Shown here: positions 43,064-52,900 of the stretch, piece by piece
How positions within the stretch are numbered: the first letter of the stretch is position 1
Layout: each line of letters opens with the position of its first letter
From: Bacilli bacterium
Lineage (GTDB): Bacteria > Bacillota_I > Bacilli_A > RF39 > UBA660
Length of the DNA stretch: 64,000 nt
Assembly: GCA_051872635.1 (NCBI GenBank)
Contig: JBJEEA010000005.1
Span: forward strand, 77 to 64,076
Direction: 5' to 3'
Notes under the pieces: generated by a model
Told to the model about the DNA's origin: nothing
Seen by the model: only the letters and a program-made list of their open reading frames with translations
Database searches by the model: none
Position numbers and translations under genes: made by a program

Positions 43064-43993
43064 ATGAAAAAAGCATTAGTAATATATAATCCTAATTCTG
43101 GAAAATATAACAAAGAAGAAACACTTCCTAAAATAAAAAATGTTTTAGAAGAATGCAATTATGAAGTAGAAATAAAAAAGACAGAATATAAAGGGCATGC
43201 CAGTCTAATTGCAGAGACTTGTGCTGACTGTGATTTACTAATATCAATAGGAGGGGATGGAACTTTTAATGAAGTAATGACCGGTAACTTTAAAAGGAAA
43301 AAAAGATTAATTCTATGCCATCTTCCTTCTGGGACCACTAACGATATTGGAGCTATGTGGGGATATAGCAAAAATATAATAAACAATTTAAAATCAGCTT
43401 TAAATGGTGAAATAAAAAGAATAGATGTATGTACTATTAATGGTAGACCATTTGTCTATTCTGCTGGTTTTGGTAAATTTATGAATATTCCGTATGAAAC
43501 ACCACGAAAATTAAAGAAACACTTAGGTCATTTAGCTTACATAAAAGAGGGAGCTATTGATTTCTTTCGAAAAGTAAAACTATATGATATCGATTACGAA
43601 ATAAACGGAGAAAAGTACCGTGGTTTATTTTCCTTTGCTTTAATAACAAATGCTAATAGAGTAGCGGGTATAAATAATTTTTATAAAGACATTAAACTAA
43701 ATGATAATAAGTTTGAAGTTCTTATGTGTAATATTACTAAATTAAAAGATATTGTAAAAACATTATATTTCTTTACAAAATATGATGCTAGTAAAATACC
43801 TGGCTTTTACTTCTATAAGACCGACAATATGAAAATAAAATTTAATACCGAAGTTAAAAAACCGCTTTGCATTGACGGTGAATCACTAGATGATTTAAGC
43901 GGGGAATATAATATAAAAATAGACCATGATGTTTATGTTTTGATGCCATCTAAAAATATTGATAGTCTCTTTATAAAAGAAGAAGATAATTAA
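43064..43993 (+). CDS. Diacylglycerol kinase-family lipid kinase (YegS/DagK type)
   Basis: ALVIYNPNSG, ISIGGDGTFNEV, LPSGTTNDI. Confidence 0.8.
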   Translation: MKKALVIYNPNSGKYNKEETLPKIKNVLEECNYEVEIKKTEYKGHASLIAETCADCDLLISIGGDGTFNEVMTGNFKRKKRLILCHLPSGTTNDIGAMWGYSKNIINNLKSALNGEIKRIDVCTINGRPFVYSAGFGKFMNIPYETPRKLKKHLGHLAYIKEGAIDFFRKVKLYDIDYEINGEKYRGLFSFALITNANRVAGINNFYKDIKLNDNKFEVLMCNITKLKDIVKTLYFFTKYDASKIPGFYFYKTDNMKIKFNTEVKKPLCIDGESLDDLSGEYNIKIDHDVYVLMPSKNIDSLFIKEEDN

Positions 43994-44589
43994 TTAGTTA
44001 TCTTCTTTTCATAAACATTATTTCTTATCATCTGTCTTTTCCAGTTAATATTTGCAAGAAAAATATAAAGTCTCTTTCCCATTGGTCTAATAGTAGTCCT
44101 AAGACTAACATAAGAATTACTATCTATACATTTTTTAAATTTTCTAATTTTAAATAAAAATGGGATAGATACAAGTTTATAAATTTTCTTTTTATCACAT
44201 TTACCAATAATTTCGCCCGCTCCAATTTCTAAGTATCCTTTAAAATTAGCTTTATTATTGTCACAGAAACACTTAATTATTAAAATAGCAGTATCGTTTT
44301 GGAAACTTTCCCAAAATCCACTATTACATATGACATAAATATTTTTATCACTAATATCTATATTATTATCTTTAATATATTCCATAAATTTAATAACCAT
44401 ACTAGGTGGACTATCTACATATAGTGGGAACGCAAATACTATCGTATTGCATTTCACTACACTATCAATAATTTGATCAAAACTATCTTTATATAAATAA
44501 TTTATCCTATTATTATCACTTATCCTTTTTAAAAAATATTCAGAGTTACTTTTTTTTAATTTAGGACTACCATTTACATACATAATCAT
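43990..44589 (-). CDS. Flavodoxin-fold (NADPH-dependent FMN reductase-like) protein
   Basis: YVNGSPK..., VFAFPLYVDSPP pattern typical of FMN-reductase-like proteins. Weak call. Confidence 0.4.
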   Translation of the reverse strand: MIMYVNGSPKLKKSNSEYFLKRISDNNRINYLYKDSFDQIIDSVVKCNTIVFAFPLYVDSPPSMVIKFMEYIKDNNIDISDKNIYVICNSGFWESFQNDTAILIIKCFCDNNKANFKGYLEIGAGEIIGKCDKKKIYKLVSIPFLFKIRKFKKCIDSNSYVSLRTTIRPMGKRLYIFLANINWKRQMIRNNVYEKKITN

Positions 44590-45068
44590 TATATTTTAAT
44601 CTCCTTTATATTATTAATAAAATATATTTCTGGATCTTTTGTATTTAAATTCTTTTGATTAGCTAAAACTAATTTAGTTACAGTCTTTTTGTCTATATCA
44701 CTAATATCATCACCATAGAAAAATACTTTAAAGTTAAGCTTTTTATCAGTTCTTGCCTTATGATGTATTTCATTATTTCTAATTGTAAAAAAAGGTTCAA
44801 CATAAGAAATACTTCTTTCTAGAATTGCTTTAACTTTATAGCTATAGGAGCCATTAATACATTTACTTATAATAATGAGTTCATCACTGTCTAGTATTGT
44901 TTTGCCATTATTTTTTATACTGTCTTTAATTGTACATTCAAAAGGTGTCCTAACCCAACAGTTAAAGCATCCCATGCAATTCCCATTAGATTTATTGCAA
45001 ATAGCTACATCATCTTTATTTAATTCTAAAAAATCATTATTCTCCAAATCATGTATAATTGTTCTCAT
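44589..45068 (-). CDS. Flavodoxin-family or iron-sulfur flavoprotein-like protein (divergent)
   Basis: CMGCFNCWVRTPFEC motif and DELIIISKCINGSY layout. Overlaps the downstream gene by 1 nt. Weak call. Confidence 0.35.
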   Translation of the reverse strand: MRTIIHDLENNDFLELNKDDVAICNKSNGNCMGCFNCWVRTPFECTIKDSIKNNGKTILDSDELIIISKCINGSYSYKVKAILERSISYVEPFFTIRNNEIHHKARTDKKLNFKVFFYGDDISDIDKKTVTKLVLANQKNLNTKDPEIYFINNIKEIKI

Positions 45069-45164
45069 AATACAAGATATGTAATAAATTATTATTTATG
45101 ATTATGTATATAAAGTATTTAAAATATTTTAAAATGCATTTCATCATACTTTAAGTTAAAACTA

Positions 45165-45190
45165 AAACTCGGACTATAAAAGTTCGAGTT
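45165..45190 (-). terminator. Hairpin downstream of tRNA-Leu on the minus strand
   Basis: AAACTCGGAC / GTTCGAGTTT stem with one G-U pair. T-rich on the minus strand after the stem. Confidence 0.45.
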
Positions 45191-45200
45191 TCCTATCAAT

Positions 45201-45286
45201 CTGGTGTGAGAAAGGAGACTTGAACTCCCACGATCTAAGATCACTACCCCCTCAAAGTAGCGCGTCTACCGATTCCGCCATCCTCA
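45201..45286 (-). tRNA. tRNA-Leu (anticodon GAG), class II with long variable arm, CCA encoded
   Basis: Reverse complement GTGAGGATGGCGGAATCGGTAGACGCGCTACTTTGAGGGGGTAG...GGGAGTTCAAGTCTCCTTTCTCACACCA folds as a cloverleaf. Anticodon loop TTGAGGG. Confidence 0.85.
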
Positions 45287-45291
45287 CAAAA

Positions 45292-45648
45292 TTGGTGGAG
45301 CTGAGGGGATTCGAACCCCTGTCCGCAAATAAAGTTATTTAACCTTCTACAAGATTATTAAGCTATCAATTTCGTAAAGTGAATAGTCAGCTTACGAACA
45401 TAATCACTTACTAGTTTATTATAGTTCGTTATGAAGTCTAAACAAAAATCATAATATAGTCTGCTTTATAAGTCCTTACTAAATCTCACAGACAAAGAAT
45501 TAGAAGAACCTGTTGCTACCTTAAATTAGGCAAATGCAACAGCATTTTTATAGCTGTTTCCAGTTATATTTAATTTATCTTCTTTACGCGAAGAAGCACG
45601 TCTTGCTAATTAAATACTTATATTTCCGTCGAAGCCAAAGACAGCCCC
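45292..45648 (-). ncRNA. ssrA: tmRNA (SsrA), ~357 nt
   Basis: 5' GGGGCTGTCTTTGGCTTCGACGG, 3' GGACAGGGGTTCGAATCCCCTCAGCTCCACCA, with a G3-U70 pair in the acceptor stem. Tag frame ends ...GNSYKNAVAFA-TAA at ~45526-45561. Confidence 0.9.
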
Positions 45649-45765
45649 ATTACAAACATAATTTTATCAAACAATTGTTCCTTTGTCAATTTTTTGCTTA
45701 AATTTTATTGTAATATTCAAGAAAATTTGATACAATTACTTTAGAATAAAAATAGGAGTGTAAAT

Positions 45766-46437
45766 ATGAATAACAATCATGAAGATAATAAAAATTATTT
45801 TGGCGTAAGGCATTACAAAGTAAGCATTGTAAGAGAAAAAATAAAACCATTAAAGTTTATTTCTAGCGTGATATCATATGCTGTATTTATATGGCTATTA
45901 TTAATAGGTTTTACACTACTAGTCTATATTGCAGATATTAAAATAAGAGCAGCTAAAGGAGATACAACACCTCCTAAATATAATGCTTATGTTGTTTTAA
46001 CTGGATCGATGCTTCCCGAAATACAAGTAAAAGACGTTGTTATTACTAAGAAAAGAGATCCTAAGGACTTAGAGCCAGGAGACATTATAACATTTTTATC
46101 ATCAGACTCTAGAATGTCTGGAATCATAGTTACACATAGAATAAAAAACGTCTATTATGATGCCACTACTGGTAGATATAGTTTTCAAACTAAAGGAGAT
46201 AACAACAATGTTGAAGATTTTGCTTTAGCCCAAGATTACAATGTCATTGGTGAAGTAATTTTTAAAATACCTAAATTGGGATATATTCAAGATTTACTTG
46301 CTTCAAAAGGTATTTTAATAATTGTTGTATTAATACCATGTCTAGCAGTATTATCATATGATATCGTAAAACTAGGAAGAAATATTAATAAAAAGCATAA
46401 ACAGAAGCAAAGTAAGATGACAGTTGTAAGAAGGTGA
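45766..46437 (+). CDS. sipW: Signal peptidase I, SipW (archaeal/ER, S26B) type
   Basis: VLTGSMLPEIQVKDVVI, GDIITF, VTHRI, TKGDNNN; plus a C-terminal TM, as in SipW. Confidence 0.8.
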   Translation: MNNNHEDNKNYFGVRHYKVSIVREKIKPLKFISSVISYAVFIWLLLIGFTLLVYIADIKIRAAKGDTTPPKYNAYVVLTGSMLPEIQVKDVVITKKRDPKDLEPGDIITFLSSDSRMSGIIVTHRIKNVYYDATTGRYSFQTKGDNNNVEDFALAQDYNVIGEVIFKIPKLGYIQDLLASKGILIIVVLIPCLAVLSYDIVKLGRNINKKHKQKQSKMTVVRR

Positions 46438-46442
46438 CAAAG

Positions 46443-47783
46443 GTGAAAAAAACTGACAACTTTCGTATAAAAAAATATGAAGATAAAGAAAGCAGGATAA
46501 CTGTTGAAGAGGAAAGAAAACAGCATTCTTCTTTTGCCCTATTTTTCAAAAATAATGGAAAATTAATCTTTATCATAACATTTCTTTTATCATTTAGTAT
46601 AACCTTAATAGCGGCCTATCTTACTATCACCAATCTCAAAGATTCAGAAATAGTTTATTATGAATCAGATGGGGTAATAGTTACTTTTGATGAAACAGAT
46701 GAAAGCATTTTAAATGGACTTCCTATAACTAAAGAATATGCTGGCAAGCTTTTTGATAGTAGTCTTTCTGAAGAAGATAAACTAGAAGGAGTAGTCATAA
46801 AGATTAAAGAATCAACTTTTTCAAATGGTAAGATAATTTTTTATTCTGACAAAACTGCTCTTATTAAATATAATGATAATACATTTATGCGCATTTTCCC
46901 TGTAGAAAAAGAATATGGCGTAAGTGAAAAAGGCGTTATAAATAATACTGCTATAACAAAAAAAGTAACCGGCAAATATGATTATAACAATAATTTAGGT
47001 ATTGAAATTCTTTATTTATCCGATGGTACTGCTGAAATAAATAAAGGAAAAGTTACGATTTTTATTAGAAACACTGATTTCACAAATAACGAAAATACTT
47101 TTTATACTAATTTAAGTATTATATCTATTCCCGTTACAGAAGAAAACAATAAAGTATACTATTCAAATGGAATCACTAAAGAAGGAACTAACATTATTGT
47201 AGATAATAAAGTTATTAGAATAAAAGAAGAAAAAAATATTCATAATAATATTAAAATAATTTATTATGAAAATGGTTATGCCGAAATAATTAAAGATAAT
47301 TTGAGTATTATCGTTGAAAAAAAAGACCATATTATTTATGATAATGATATTCTTGAAATTATTGATAATAATAAAACAAATGAAAATTTAAATACTAAAG
47401 ATGTTATGGATATCAAAAATATAACTTTAAAAAACACTAATACTACAAAAGCCAATTATATAATTGCATTAGAAGAAACAAACAATTATCAAAAGTATAA
47501 TATTGATAATATATTGGATAGTAAATATATAAATTTTAACATTTATGTCAATAAAAAAACTATTAGTAATAATATTCTAGGAGAAAACTTAAAAGAAAAA
47601 GATAGTCTTGGCAGTATAAATGTTAAAGGTAATACTTATGTATTATATCAAGGAGAGTTAAACCCTAATGAAGAGGTTTCAGTAAAAGTAGGTATGTGGA
47701 TAGATTATGAGACCATAACAAATGAATATATGAATTCCGCTTTTATTGGAACAATGAGAGTATATGTTGAATCATTAGATTAG
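46443..47783 (+). CDS. Membrane-anchored protein with a C-terminal TasA/camelysin-like beta-sandwich signature
   Basis: GTG after AAGGTGA. TM LIFIITFLLSFSITLIAAYLTI. C-terminal ITLKNTNTTKANYIIALEE...EVSVKVGMWIDYE...FIGTMRVYVE parallels the next gene's N-terminal domain. Confidence 0.5.
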   Translation: MKKTDNFRIKKYEDKESRITVEEERKQHSSFALFFKNNGKLIFIITFLLSFSITLIAAYLTITNLKDSEIVYYESDGVIVTFDETDESILNGLPITKEYAGKLFDSSLSEEDKLEGVVIKIKESTFSNGKIIFYSDKTALIKYNDNTFMRIFPVEKEYGVSEKGVINNTAITKKVTGKYDYNNNLGIEILYLSDGTAEINKGKVTIFIRNTDFTNNENTFYTNLSIISIPVTEENNKVYYSNGITKEGTNIIVDNKVIRIKEEKNIHNNIKIIYYENGYAEIIKDNLSIIVEKKDHIIYDNDILEIIDNNKTNENLNTKDVMDIKNITLKNTNTTKANYIIALEETNNYQKYNIDNILDSKYINFNIYVNKKTISNNILGENLKEKDSLGSINVKGNTYVLYQGELNPNEEVSVKVGMWIDYETITNEYMNSAFIGTMRVYVESLD

Positions 47784-47844
47784 ACATATATAAAAAAATA
47801 TGCTAAAATATAATCATAATTAAAATCTAAGAAGGTGATTAAAG

Positions 47845-49440
47845 ATGAAGAAAAAAACAACTGGGAAAATAGTTTTAATAATTTTATCTATAATTTTAGT
47901 TGTGATAGCTATATTTACAGCAACATACGCTGTATTCTTTAGTGAACAAACTGCACCCAATCCCAATGACTATTCAACGGGATTATTGTCAATAACAGCT
48001 TCATCTAAATCAGAAACCATAAGTCTTTCTTCAGCTATACCTAAGACCGATGAAGAAGGGCTAATCACTAGTCCATATGTTTTTACTATTAAAAATATTG
48101 GAAATCTAGATTACAATTTTAACATTAAATTATTATCTACAAGTAGCAATACCATATCACCACAATATATCAAATTACAAATTGATGATGGGGATGTAAC
48201 TACTTTATCTGCTTTATCAAATAGTATTATTAAAGAAGATATAACCTTAAAAGCACAAGAAAGCATCGATATAAAAATAAGAATATGGTTAAGCATAGAT
48301 ACTCCTAATAGTGAAATAGGAAAGACGTTTAATTCACAAATAGTTGCTGATGGTAAAGCAATTTATACTACTACTAATTCTACTATATCTGGTGCAATAT
48401 ATATTATGAATCTCTATAATAATGCCACAAAAACACAAATTACGAATAATAGTATTAAATATAATTACGCAACATCACTAGGCATTATGAATGATCGTAA
48501 AGGTGGTGTAACTCCAGACTTAGATGGGGGGAATTTAAGGTATTATGGGGCAAACCCTAATAACTATATCTATTTTAATTGTACAGATTATCAAAATCAA
48601 GATGCTAGTAGTTGTGAACTCTGGAGAATTATTGGTATTTTCGATGGTAAAATAAAAATAATAAGAAATGAAGCCCTAGATGCTTATGCTTGGGATACTT
48701 CAGCTTCTACTATCAATAGTGGTTACGGGGTAAGTGATTGGACAGAGGCAGATTTAATGAAATTATTAAATCCTGGCTATGAAGCAAATACTGATCTTGA
48801 TAGTGATGGCAACGAAATAACAGTAAATAATAGTCTTTATTGGAACAGTCAAAGTGGCTCTTGTTATATTGGCTCTTCAAATGAATACATTAATGCAGAG
48901 GATAGTTCTGACAATTGGTGTGACTTCACAAGTACAGGTATAAAAAATGAGTCTACAAAGAATTTGATTTCTTTAGCTAATTGGCCACTCTATAGTCCTA
49001 GTGGTGTAAAAAAGTATTCCGATGTTGTATATAATGAAGATACAAGTAGCAGTAGCACATGGACTGGTAAAATAGGGTTATTATCTTTATCTGATTATGC
49101 CTATTCTACTAATTTATCATCATGTACGAGTAAACTAAGTGGTTATTCATCTAGTGATTGTAAAAGTAATAGTTGGCTTGTTCCACCAGAAGAGCAAAGT
49201 GGTAGTTGGACTATCAATGGTGATAGTTCAAGTTCAAATAATGCTTACGTAATTAAAAAAGACGGACAACCTTCTTCTGTAAGAACTTCCTACGGAAGAT
49301 TAATATCGGTAAACTCTTCTACTGGAGAAGAAACAGTAACTAAGTACTATGTAAGACCAGTATTATATCTAAATGAATCGGTAGTTATCTCTTCTGGGGA
49401 AGGCACAGAAAGTAGCCCTTATCAAATTATTTCAAGTTAA
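47845..49440 (+). CDS. Secreted protein with a SipW-type signal peptide, TasA/camelysin-like N-domain and C-terminal domain ending YVRPVLYL
   Basis: KKKTTGKIVLIILSIILVVIAIFTATYAVFFSE (like the TasA-class ...AYFSD signal). FTIKNIGNLDYNFNIKL...IDIKIRIWLSID. C-terminal ELWRIIG...DWTEADLMKLLN...YVRPVLYL. Confidence 0.6.
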   Translation: MKKKTTGKIVLIILSIILVVIAIFTATYAVFFSEQTAPNPNDYSTGLLSITASSKSETISLSSAIPKTDEEGLITSPYVFTIKNIGNLDYNFNIKLLSTSSNTISPQYIKLQIDDGDVTTLSALSNSIIKEDITLKAQESIDIKIRIWLSIDTPNSEIGKTFNSQIVADGKAIYTTTNSTISGAIYIMNLYNNATKTQITNNSIKYNYATSLGIMNDRKGGVTPDLDGGNLRYYGANPNNYIYFNCTDYQNQDASSCELWRIIGIFDGKIKIIRNEALDAYAWDTSASTINSGYGVSDWTEADLMKLLNPGYEANTDLDSDGNEITVNNSLYWNSQSGSCYIGSSNEYINAEDSSDNWCDFTSTGIKNESTKNLISLANWPLYSPSGVKKYSDVVYNEDTSSSSTWTGKIGLLSLSDYAYSTNLSSCTSKLSGYSSSDCKSNSWLVPPEEQSGSWTINGDSSSSNNAYVIKKDGQPSSVRTSYGRLISVNSSTGEETVTKYYVRPVLYLNESVVISSGEGTESSPYQIISS

Positions 49441-49469
49441 AAGCATAAATTCAAAATTATGCTTTTTTT
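49439..49469 (+). terminator. Rho-independent terminator
   Basis: AAGCATAA / TTATGCTT stem followed by TTTTT. Confidence 0.55.
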
Positions 49470-49513
49470 GAATATAAAATAAAGTAAAGTTCATACTAAT
49501 ACTGGTGAATCAT

Positions 49514-50005
49514 ATGAATAAAAAAAATGTTTTAATAGTAAGCATGTTATCAGTAATATTAATAATTATTTGCACTATTGCAGGCACTTATGCTGTTGTA
49601 ATTAATGTAATAAATGAAAATGGAATAGACAAAATAGTAAATGAAATAACTGTTAGAGATTTACTTACCACTGATGACGGAGCATATAATGGCACATACT
49701 ATAATGTAAAAAAAACACTAGATATAACAGATGAAGAAGCAGAGTTATTGATGGAATCAGTACCACTAAATAGTGCTTTAACAAGTGTTTTAAACTCCAT
49801 AGTTAAGTATAGACTCCATAATGATGAAAGTGCTAAGTATAGTAATGAAGAATTATATAATATAATAGAAGACTCCATAAACAAAACAGATAATATAAGT
49901 AATGAATTAAAAGAAAAAGTAATAACTAAAGCATACTATTATCGGCAAGATGTAAGTGATTTTATCTATGATATTCCCGTAACTTTATTAGGAGAAAATT
50001 CGTGA
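49514..50005 (+). CDS. Small secreted protein with a SipW-type signal peptide
   Basis: RBS GGTGA. MNKKNVLIVSMLSVILIIICTIAGTYAVVINV shares the (A/G)TYAV motif with the preceding protein. Confidence 0.5.
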   Translation: MNKKNVLIVSMLSVILIIICTIAGTYAVVINVINENGIDKIVNEITVRDLLTTDDGAYNGTYYNVKKTLDITDEEAELLMESVPLNSALTSVLNSIVKYRLHNDESAKYSNEELYNIIEDSINKTDNISNELKEKVITKAYYYRQDVSDFIYDIPVTLLGENS

Positions 50006-50313
50006 GTATTTTATATCTAGTAATATTAGTTTTAATTATATTATTATTTATTACTATTCGTAACAAATTACTAGTTTTAAAAACAATTAGTATTATTTCT
50101 CTTATTTCATCATTAATAATATTAATAATAGGATATATAACAAAAATAATAATTAAATCAAAAATAAATTTTATTAATACCAATAAAATAACTAATAATA
50201 TTTTTAAATTATTTTTGAATAATAGTATTATTTTCTTTATAGTAGGTATTGTGTTATATATCATTTATTATCTAGTCAAGAAAAACATAAAAAAAGTGTA
50301 TAATAAAATTTAA
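50002..50313 (+). CDS. Small polytopic membrane protein (3 predicted TMs)
   Basis: GTG start overlapping the previous stop. Ile/Leu-rich 103-aa ORF. Composition-driven, so uncertain. Confidence 0.35.
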   Translation: MSILYLVILVLIILLFITIRNKLLVLKTISIISLISSLIILIIGYITKIIIKSKINFINTNKITNNIFKLFLNNSIIFFIVGIVLYIIYYLVKKNIKKVYNKI

Positions 50314-50362
50314 ATTATATATTTTTTTTACTATTTGTGATAGAATTATTATGGGTGGTATA

Positions 50363-51628
50363 ATGGCTAGGAAGAAAGAAAAAATGCAAAAAGAGAAAAA
50401 AAGCAAATTAAAAGAAAAAATATCTAATATAAAGATTTTACATGCAAATAAACATGATACATTTACTACTAAAGAAATGATAGTTATAATGTTTTTCTCT
50501 TTGGGAATAGGTTTTTTAATGTGTTTAGGTTCTATTAGTCTATTTACAGGTAAAAATTATTTAGCTGTATATCATGATTTAGATAAAGTAGTGGATACAT
50601 ATTATGCCATAGTAGACAATTATTATGGCCAGCTTGATAAAGAAGCATTAATTGATGGTGCTGTAGAAGGAATGATTTCTTCAGTAGGGGACTCTTATAC
50701 AAGCTATACCAATAGTGACGATACCGTATCTTTCGATGAAACTATAAACGGTAGCTATGAAGGAATAGGTTGCAGTATCGCAACTTATGCCGATGGCAAA
50801 ATAGTCGTAATAGAAGTATTTGATAATTCACCTGCTAACAAAGCTGGTTTAAAAGTTGGCGACATTATAATCAAAGTAGATGGTAAAGATTGTAATGGTA
50901 AAACAGGCACGGATATTTCATCATATATTAAAGACAGTGGTAAAGAAAAGGTTGTATTAACTATTGAACGAGAAAATATGGAAAAAGATATTACAATAAA
51001 TTTAAGTAAAGTTGAAATACCATATGTAAATGGAAAAGTTTTTGAAAAAAACGATAAAAAAGTTGGATATATACAAGTGGCACTTTTTTCCAGCACATCA
51101 TATAAACAATTTAAAGAAGAACTTGAAAAATTAGAAGAAGAAAAAATAGATAGTCTAATAATAGATGTTCGGGACAACAGTGGTGGTTACCTAACATCAG
51201 TAACTGATATTTGCAATTTATTTCTTGCCAAAGGAAAAATAATATACCAGTTAGAAGATGAAAATGGAATCATAGTTAAGAAGGATACCACTAAAGAAAG
51301 GAGAAGCTATGAAATTGCCGTTTTAATAAATAGAGGATCTGCATCTGCTTCGGAAATTTTAGCTTCTGCGATTAAAGAAAGCTATGATGGCTTAGTCGTA
51401 GGAACAAATAGCTATGGTAAAGGTACAGTTCAGCAGACAAAAAAATTATTAGATGGTAGTATGATAAAATATACAACACAAAAATGGTTGACTCCTGAAG
51501 GAAACTTTATAAACGAAGTAGGTGTAACTCCCACTAATACTGTTGAATTATCTGAAGATTATTATAAAAATCCAACTGTTGACAACGATAATCAGTTGAA
51601 TGAAGCTCTAAACTTACTAACAAAGTAG
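50363..51628 (+). CDS. S41 carboxy-terminal processing peptidase (CtpA/CtpB-like) with a PDZ domain
   Basis: GIGCSI...VIEVFDNSPANKAGLKVGDIIIKVDG (PDZ), IIDVRDNSGGYL, NRGSASASEILA, GTNSYGKGTVQ. Confidence 0.85.
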   Translation: MARKKEKMQKEKKSKLKEKISNIKILHANKHDTFTTKEMIVIMFFSLGIGFLMCLGSISLFTGKNYLAVYHDLDKVVDTYYAIVDNYYGQLDKEALIDGAVEGMISSVGDSYTSYTNSDDTVSFDETINGSYEGIGCSIATYADGKIVVIEVFDNSPANKAGLKVGDIIIKVDGKDCNGKTGTDISSYIKDSGKEKVVLTIERENMEKDITINLSKVEIPYVNGKVFEKNDKKVGYIQVALFSSTSYKQFKEELEKLEEEKIDSLIIDVRDNSGGYLTSVTDICNLFLAKGKIIYQLEDENGIIVKKDTTKERRSYEIAVLINRGSASASEILASAIKESYDGLVVGTNSYGKGTVQQTKKLLDGSMIKYTTQKWLTPEGNFINEVGVTPTNTVELSEDYYKNPTVDNDNQLNEALNLLTK

Positions 51629-51671
51629 CATAAATGAGCTTCTTTTTTTATATACTATATTGGTGATATAT

Positions 51672-52097
51672 ATGATTGTGAAATACACAGATAAGGAAAA
51701 AGAACTTCTTGCTAGACTTATGAGAGCTGAGGCTGTAGGAGAGGGTAATCTTGGCATGTTAATGGTTGGAAATGTAGGTATAAATAGAGTATTAGCTGAT
51801 TGTTTAACTTTTAAGGATATTCATTCTATATCCGAAATGATTTATCAGTCGCCAGGAGGTTTTAGCGGGACCAGTAGTTCACTGTTTTATGGAAATCCTA
51901 CTGAATTAGAAAAGTCCCTTGCTGAAAGGGTAATAAGAGGAGAATACTATTATCCTGCAACTAATGCTCTATGGTTTTATGCTCCAAAATCCGGAACTTC
52001 ATGCACAAGTACTTGGTGGGATCAAGACTTAGCTGGAAGATATAAAAATCATTGCTTTTATGAACCCAATCCTGGAGTTTGTAAAGAATTACACTAA
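51672..52097 (+). CDS. SleB-family cell wall hydrolase (Hydrolase_2 domain only)
   Basis: ELLARLMRAEAVGEGNLGMLMVGNVGINRV, ALWFYAP. Confidence 0.75.
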   Translation: MIVKYTDKEKELLARLMRAEAVGEGNLGMLMVGNVGINRVLADCLTFKDIHSISEMIYQSPGGFSGTSSSLFYGNPTELEKSLAERVIRGEYYYPATNALWFYAPKSGTSCTSTWWDQDLAGRYKNHCFYEPNPGVCKELH

Positions 52098-52900
52098 TGA
52101 AAAATTTCCTTAAAGGATTTATCATTGGCATTGGAAAAATAATTCCCGGAGTATCAGGAGCTATGCTTGCAATAATAATGGGCATATATGACAAAAGCTT
52201 ATATTATTTAAATAACTTTAAACAAAACAAAAAAGAAAGCTTAAAGTACCTATTACCTATAGGACTTGGTGTTCTTTTATCAATTATCATATTTAGTAAA
52301 ATTATAGATTATGTTCTAAAAAAATATTATTTAATAACAATGCTTTTTTTCATTGGTCTTATAATAGGGGGACTCCCCTTTGTAGCAAAAAAAGTAGAAA
52401 AAAATAGTTATCTTTTTGTTGCTATAACTTTCTTAATCTTTTTTATCATATCAATTAGCAATATAAGTAGCAATTATATTGTAAAAAACAATTTCATAGA
52501 TCAATTAGTTTTTCTTATATCTGGTTTTGTTGAGGCAATAGGAACAGTTGTTCCTGGAATAAGCAGTACTGCCCTTCTACTAATAGTTGGAACTTATAAT
52601 ATTATTATTTCATCAATAGGAAATATAACTAATTTGAGTTTAATAGTAACAAATTTAAAAGTATTAATTCCATTTACAATTGGCCTTATAATTGGTATAA
52701 TTATAGTAGTAAAGATTGTAAATATTCTATTTAAAAAGTATGAGAAAAAGACCTATAGTTTTATTTTGGGAATTCTACTTTCCAGTATAACTTTGTTAAT
52801 CTTTCAAGCTTTTAGTAAGCCTTTTAAATTAGTAGAATTAATTATTGGCGTCTTTCTCTTAATTATTGGAATATTTATATCTAATTTAATGGAGGAATAA
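52097..52900 (+). CDS. DUF368-family membrane protein (family recently linked to undecaprenyl-phosphate translocation)
   Basis: Duplicated motif GFIIGIGKIIPGVSGAMLAIIMGIYD / GFVEAIGTVVPGISSTALLLIVGTYN; ~8 TMs. Confidence 0.75.
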   Translation: MKNFLKGFIIGIGKIIPGVSGAMLAIIMGIYDKSLYYLNNFKQNKKESLKYLLPIGLGVLLSIIIFSKIIDYVLKKYYLITMLFFIGLIIGGLPFVAKKVEKNSYLFVAITFLIFFIISISNISSNYIVKNNFIDQLVFLISGFVEAIGTVVPGISSTALLLIVGTYNIIISSIGNITNLSLIVTNLKVLIPFTIGLIIGIIIVVKIVNILFKKYEKKTYSFILGILLSSITLLIFQAFSKPFKLVELIIGVFLLIIGIFISNLMEE

